A stretch of DNA of 54,578 nucleotides, the filler included, from Sluysia triapertura (Eukaryota): the NCBI GenBank assembly GCA_046118255.1. It is 4 parts of 4 records of this genome, joined end to end, with 100 filler letters (N's around TTAATTAATTAA, not from the genome) between each part and the next. Parts side by side here need not be neighbours in the genome. Positions count along the whole stretch, not along the records: positions 37,999 to 54,578 come from JBJNIA010200820.1; 3 more parts are not named here. One strand, given 5' to 3'. The notes beneath the pieces were generated by a model. The model ran no database searches. It saw nothing but the letters and a program-made list of their open reading frames with translations, and was not told the DNA's origin. The translations under genes were made by a program, and so were the position numbers. Positions within the stretch are counted from its first letter, which is position 1, and each line of letters starts with the position of its first letter. Below, piece after piece: positions 51,944-54,578 of the stretch.

Positions 51944-53820
51944 TATTTTGTTAATTTTAAATTTATACATTTTTATACTTCGGTTTAATTAACACGTGTT
52001 AACTCATACGATGAGTTTATAATAACTGAGTCTACTGAAACTAAACTAATAATGGTGTATTGGATATTTTATACAGAAACATTTACATTTACAACCTCTA
52101 AAATATTAACTGTATTATGAAAATTTGTAAATGCCAGTTAAAGAAATTATCAAATATTTATTAATAAAAATTAATATATTTTAATAATTAATAATATATT
52201 AATATATTAATATTAATAATTAATATATTAATAATAATAATATATTTTAATAATGCCACATTCATTACAAAAAGTGCGAAATATATAATTAGTATTGGAT
52301 AAATAATTATATTAATTTTTCATGTAAAAAAGGATATATTGTGTCGAGTTCAATCCAATAAAAACACATCTTACTCTTAAGCACTATTACCAAGACCTAT
52401 CAACAAATACATCTTTCAGTATTTAAACAACTAAACATATCAGTACTACAAACGATATACTGTAGCTTCATTGTACTTATTTCATAAACATTATAAATAA
52501 TATGGTTACTGTTATTAAGGCTACATCGTTACTAACGTCATTATTGCTACTGTTATCATTGTACCATTATTGTTTTTGCATTCCTTCTTATATTTTATTG
52601 CAATCATTTTATTTATATTTTTTTGTCATTTCGTTATTATCAGTTTGTTGATATTGTACTATTATTAATATAGTTTAATTCCTAAAAGTGATACGTTGTT
52701 TTTTCTGTATCTATTTTGGCTTTCAATATTTTCTTCAATAAGTATTTACATCTTTGGTTAATTGGAATTTAAGTTTGACAGAAAATTGGGACATGCAAGT
52801 GATTCTGTTAGGTTTAACAGTATTAAATTTGTCGTCGTTTACTCTCATAATTTTATCTTTATGAAAATTTAAATAACAATAACGAAGTTTACTATATTGA
52901 AGCATATATAGCACCATGTGTTTATAGTTATGTCCTAAAGTCACATATTTAGATCGTACAAAATGAAAAATTTTAGAAATCTTGCTATAGGGTTAATAAT
53001 TTTAATAATCAGTGCTTTAAAACTTTCAAAACGTTTATGCAAGCATAATTTTATCAATTTTAACAATCAAACCAGCTCATCTTTACTCAAATTCAGCTAT
53101 AAGTTGTATAAGATGTAATTGCTGAAAAATGAGAAACATAATTCGATTTGCTCTTCATAATTTATATAAATAAAAATCTTTAATTTCTACAATTTCCACA
53201 TTTCATCTACTGTAAATCATCTGCTTCTACTTCTAATGATCAGACAAATAAAAATTAATTCATAACATTTGCAAAATAATTTTTTTCACCAGGGTAGATT
53301 TAAATTAAATTAAATTTTGTAATACTTTTTTTATTATAAATGATCTATGACTTAATTATGTAAACAAATTTGTCATAATTTAAGTTTCATTGTAGTTTAT
53401 AAATATCATTCTTTTAATGTAACGAATGTAACTGTCAAACAACGTATATACTTGATATTAAAAGTGATTGGAGCAAAAGTTCATAAATCGTTACTATAAA
53501 CACTGATAAATTGTTCCTAAATTGGCGCAGTAACTTATGGCTTTATTCAGTTTTACTTTTCAATTAAAAAATAAAACAGATTAAGTAGCACTTATTATGC
53601 ATATTTATAAAGTTGTATTTCAATTATTTAATAAAATAATGAAGATCATTTTGCAATCAATTTGGTAGAATTCTTATTTAAACAATTCAGCTCACTGTAA
53701 ATAAATCAATAATTATTACTCAATCATAGTTCATGTTAAAGCCCAATAAAAATGTCAAAAATTATTAATTATTAAAACAGTTGTGTGTTATTGTACTATA
53801 TTTCATTTTGACCATTTATA

Positions 53821-53990
53821 TTTCATCAGAAAATAACATAAATTGATCTTTTAATTGCATTTGCCAAATAAAATTTGCATATTTGATTTTGAATTATAAA
53901 ATAAGAATATTGATAAATTTATAATCAAATATAAAATTTTTATTTTCTAAATGCAATTAAAAGATCAATTTATGTTATTTTCTGGTGAAA
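53821..53990. repeat. Fold-back inverted repeat, about 170 bp
   Basis: Outer arms TTTCATCAGAAAATAACATAAATTGATCTTTTAATTGCATTT and AAATGCAATTAAAAGATCAATTTATGTTATTTTCTGGTGAAA (42 bp, one mismatch), with imperfect inner arms. Confidence 0.9.
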
Positions 53991-54501
53991 ATGGAATATA
54001 TATATAAATGCAATAATTACCTATAAGTATGCATCGAAGATCAAAAGGTATTCGTATTTGGCATGCAACGTAACAACATCATTAATTTGTTTTAATACAT
54101 AAAACTTCATCTTTAATATATTAACTTTTTCCAAAACAACTTAGAATCAGTTGAATATCGAAACGTTATAAAGCATTTGATTATAAAATCAATAAAAAAC
54201 TCTAGAAATATTGAATGAATGTAAAACATGTGTATAAATTATATTTTATTACATAAGGAAAGCAGCAAATAATGAAGAAAAAAAATATCGATCTCTGTTA
54301 TTAAATTAATAATCAAAATTGATCGTGAACAAAATAAATTTTTAATTTGAGGAGAATAGCAATAATAAATTCGAGCTTGATTGTAGAGTTACAAATTAAC
54401 AAAAATAGATTTGCGCATTTATTTTATTTTATTCAAGATATCTATATTTTAACTTAAAGGTTAATCATTTGGAACACTTATTAGAATTTTGCATTATATT
54501 G

Positions 54502-54578
54502 TGTTAGACTTCGTAAAATGGACTGACCGGGGATCGAACCCGGGACCATCGTCTGCACAGTCCGACTGCTCTACCACT
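54502..54578 (-). mobile_element. tRNA-derived element, copy 2 (truncated by the window end)
   Basis: Near-identical to 24397-24471. Shared sequence begins exactly at TGTTAGACT and the flanks differ. Box B GGTTCGATCCC is intact. Confidence 0.8.

Noticed and set aside
51989-52017. Short palindromes (TTAACACGTGTTAA, AACTCATACGATGAGTT; also 26454-26471 and a TACG-loop hairpin near 24856-24876)
   Set aside because: Single occurrences with no repeat, TSD or covariation support.
24397-54578. The two tRNA-like copies as paired LTRs of a 30-kb element
   Set aside because: They lie on different contigs separated by artificial linkers.

Overview
Very AT-rich metazoan nuclear DNA using the standard genetic code, with GT-AG introns as short as 33 nt and many (AAT)n tracts. 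The gene content (a CAP+FN2 protein, a divergent bestrophin) loosely suggests a flatworm or planarian, but this is unverified. The window joins four unrelated contigs (1-14989, 15090-26269, 26370-37898, 37999-54578) with artificial N44-TTAATTAATTAA-N44 linkers. Intact-looking genes are the 3' exons of a divergent talin (+), a complete 4-exon Hey bHLH-Orange gene (-), the 3' exons of a CAP/SCP protein ending in a fibronectin type II domain (+), and the terminal exon of a bestrophin (+). Mobile DNA includes a piggyBac-type MITE, a Tc2-like MITE, mariner, Tigger/pogo and hAT remnants, and two copies of a tRNA-containing element with LTR-like ends. The most unusual part is contig 2. It is packed with broken fragments of unrelated host genes (PDZ, C1GALT1-like, CUB-LDLa, PDE2-like, SET/NAP), several directly abutting. 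These are interleaved with a diverged repeat carrying a covarying bulged-hairpin motif, which suggests a gene-fragment-capturing element. All homology calls come from manual translation and recalled motifs; no searches were run.
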